From an uncultured Chloroflexia bacterium (GTDB lineage: Bacteria > Chloroflexota > Anaerolineae > JAAYZQ01), in contig CAWANP010000020.1 in assembly GCA_963783445.1 (NCBI GenBank), forward strand, positions 651,973-715,972: a stretch of DNA of 64,000 nt. The letters run 5' to 3'. This document shows positions 62,333 through 64,000 of the stretch, one piece after another. The translations under genes were made by a program, and so were the position numbers. Every line of letters begins with the position of its first letter. Positions within the stretch are counted from its first letter, which is position 1. Under the pieces are notes generated by a model. It ran no database searches. It had not been told where the DNA came from and worked only from the letters and a program-made list of their open reading frames with translations.

Positions 62333-62617
62333 GTGAGCATGGAATCAAAGACGATAGGAACAGATGGCGATAGCCTCAGCACTGTGCGCACCGGAGAAGC
62401 GGCACAGATACGCAAGATGCAAGGGGGGCATGGCTTTTTGAGCCGCCTGGCATCCTTGGGCTTCACACCCGGCACCCACCTGCGGGTGGTCCAGAACTAT
62501 GGGCATGGGCCCATCATCGTCAGCCTGCGTGATACACGGATAGCACTGGGGCGCGGTGAAGCCAAAAAGATCCTCGTCGAACGGCTGGCGGGAGGGGATG
62601 ATGGCCGTCGAGGCTGA
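62333..62617 (+). CDS. feoA: FeoA-domain protein
   Basis: SH3-like FeoA pattern ([42 protein letters not shown]). Confidence 0.65.
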   Translation: MSMESKTIGTDGDSLSTVRTGEAAQIRKMQGGHGFLSRLASLGFTPGTHLRVVQNYGHGPIIVSLRDTRIALGRGEAKKILVERLAGGDDGRRG

Positions 62618-64000
62618 ACGGGTCAGGGATGTAGCCCAACAGGCGGAGGCTGTGCTCAACGGAGAAGTGACGCTGACGGTGGCGCTTGCCGGTCAGCCCA
62701 ACGTGGGCAAGTCCACTGTATTCAATCTTCTGACAGGCATGAGCCAGCACGTCGGTAACTGGCCGGGCAAGACCGTCGAGCAAAAGACAGGAAGCTTTCG
62801 TTTCAACGGCACGACCATCCATCTGGTAGATCTTCCGGGCACCTATAGCATGACTGCCAACTCGGCAGAGGAGGTCATAGCCCGTGATTTCATCATTAAG
62901 GAGCGGCCCGATGTGGTGATTGCTCTGGTCAACGCGGCGTCGCTAGAACGGAACCTGTACCTGGTGGCCGAGTTACTGCCTCTGCCCTCACGTGTGGTGG
63001 TGGGGCTGAATATGGTGGATGTTGCCGCCGACGAGGGGATGAAGGTCGAACCCCAGGTCTTGGAGGCGGCATTAGGCGTGCCCGTAGTGTCTATGGTCGC
63101 AGCCAAGAATACAGGGCTGCGGGAGTTGGTGGAAACCGTGGACCAGGTAGCCCGGGGTGAGGTTCCCTACCAACCTAATCTGCCAGAAATTCGCGATGAC
63201 CATCGCGGGGTCCTCGACCAGATCCAGATGCTGGTAGGCGATTGGGTGCCAGCCCCCTATCCGGGCGATTGGGTGGCCCTCAAGTTGTTGGAGGGCGACG
63301 TCGAGATCACGGCCATGATGCGCGACAAATATCTGCCTGCCGAACAGTGGGATCAGGTTCACGAGATTTTGATGGCCCATGAGGATGCCGTGCTGGCGGT
63401 GGCCAGCGGGCGCTATGATTGGGTGGGCCGCATGATCCGGGCAGCCGTGACGCGACCGCGCGTTGGCCAGATTACCCTCACCGAACGGCTTGACCGTTGG
63501 GCGACCCACCCTCTGTGGGGACTGGCCATTCTGGCTTCTATCCTGGGTGTGGTATTCTGGTTGACCTTCGCCCTCGGTATACCTCTACAAGAGCTTTTAG
63601 AGACCTACGTGGTTGGCACCCTGGCCGACGTCAGTACCAGTTTGCTGGCGGGTGCGCCTGCCTGGCTCAGCGGCTTGGTGGTGGATGGTATCATCGGTGG
63701 AGCCGGGACTGTCATCACCTTTCTGCCCATCCTGGTCATCTTTTTTGCCGCTCTGGCTCTGCTGGAGGATATGGGCTACATGGCCCGTGCCGCCTACGTG
63801 ATGGACCGCTTCATGCACCTGATGGGGCTCCATGGCAAAAGCTTTCTGCCCCTTTTCCTGGGCTTTGGCTGCAACGTTCCGGCAGTGATGGGCACGCGCA
63901 TTATCGACTCGCGCCGCGCCCGACTGCTGACGATCCTGCTTGCGCCGCTGGTACCCTGTGCCGCACGGATGGCGGTCATTGTGTTCATCACCCCCATCTT
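62598..64000 (+). CDS. feoB: Ferrous iron transporter B (3'-partial, runs off the window)
   Basis: Absent from the ORF table because no stop falls inside the window. ATGATG at 62598 overlaps the feoA end. G-domain [12 protein letters not shown] and DLPGTYS, then polytopic permease segments. Confidence 0.85.
   Translation, partial: MMAVEAERVRDVAQQAEAVLNGEVTLTVALAGQPNVGKSTVFNLLTGMSQHVGNWPGKTVEQKTGSFRFNGTTIHLVDLPGTYSMTANSAEEVIARDFIIKERPDVVIALVNAASLERNLYLVAELLPLPSRVVVGLNMVDVAADEGMKVEPQVLEAALGVPVVSMVAAKNTGLRELVETVDQVARGEVPYQPNLPEIRDDHRGVLDQIQMLVGDWVPAPYPGDWVALKLLEGDVEITAMMRDKYLPAEQWDQVHEILMAHEDAVLAVASGRYDWVGRMIRAAVTRPRVGQITLTERLDRWATHPLWGLAILASILGVVFWLTFALGIPLQELLETYVVGTLADVSTSLLAGAPAWLSGLVVDGIIGGAGTVITFLPILVIFFAALALLEDMGYMARAAYVMDRFMHLMGLHGKSFLPLFLGFGCNVPAVMGTRIIDSRRARLLTILLAPLVPCAARMAVIVFITPI

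Overview
64 kb high-GC (about 60%) bacterial chromosomal window of mostly housekeeping and transport genes, with no transposase, integrase, CRISPR array or obvious prophage. Gene order along the window, with strand in brackets:
- 5'-truncated FtsK/SpoIIIE C-terminus [+].
- A BMP-family (PnrA/Med-like) nucleoside-type ABC uptake operon [+]. The lipoprotein gene consists of two near-identical ~984-bp tandem copies. The ATPase has two NBDs and an unusual hydrophobic insertion. Two permeases and a URO-D-like gene follow.
- A cell-wall module [-]: an M23 peptidase, a membrane protein with a SHOCT-like N-terminus, two LysM domains and a TolB-like beta-propeller, and a TPR protein.
- DedA [-].
- leuC–leuD–AbrB-like membrane protein–leuB-like dehydrogenase [+].
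- Acyl-CoA dehydrogenase [+], then tRNA-Arg(TCT) [+].
- Cupin and FMN reductase [+].
- A tripartite efflux system [+]: HlyD adaptor, fused tandem-FtsX permease, ABC ATPase.
- xseB–xseA–DmpA-like peptidase [-].
- coaBC–coaX [-].
- gcvH–gcvPA–gcvPB with a radical-SAM gene immediately upstream [-].
- MoxR–DUF58–DUF4129 membrane trio [-].
- A Pro/Thr-rich membrane-anchored protein [+].
- A 600-bp low-GC ORF-poor gap followed by a ~320-bp (GGN)n microsatellite.
- rimO [+].
- MerR and DUF1232 genes [-], then a 564-aa orphan protein [+].
- GT2 glycosyltransferase and geranylgeranyl-reductase-like gene [+].
- Cupin, THEP1-like NTPase and thioredoxin-like protein [+].
- Ada-like AraC–MGMT, Fpg and TetR [+].
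- Two flavoproteins [+]; SPFH protein [+] and tandem bacterial-PH-domain protein [-]; ribokinase and SGNH hydrolase [-].
- Fur–feoA–feoB, 3'-truncated [+].

Notable structure:
- About 19 single-base frameshifts at homopolymers split otherwise conserved genes (BMP, ABC ATPase, permease, leuC, leuB, ACAD, FtsX, coaBC). This looks like assembly indel error rather than real decay.
- A diverged ~250-bp paralogous junction is present twice, at ~56.47–57.23 kb and ~59.69–59.94 kb. It includes a 3' remnant of rbsK and a 3' remnant of the FMN-reductase-like gene. The two copies flank the SPFH–PH cassette, and the left copy is split by the flavodoxin gene.
- Textbook sigma70 promoters followed by perfect palindromic operators sit upstream of both the tetR and fur genes.

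Hand-derived coordinates (tRNA, promoters, hairpins) carry about ±2 bp uncertainty.
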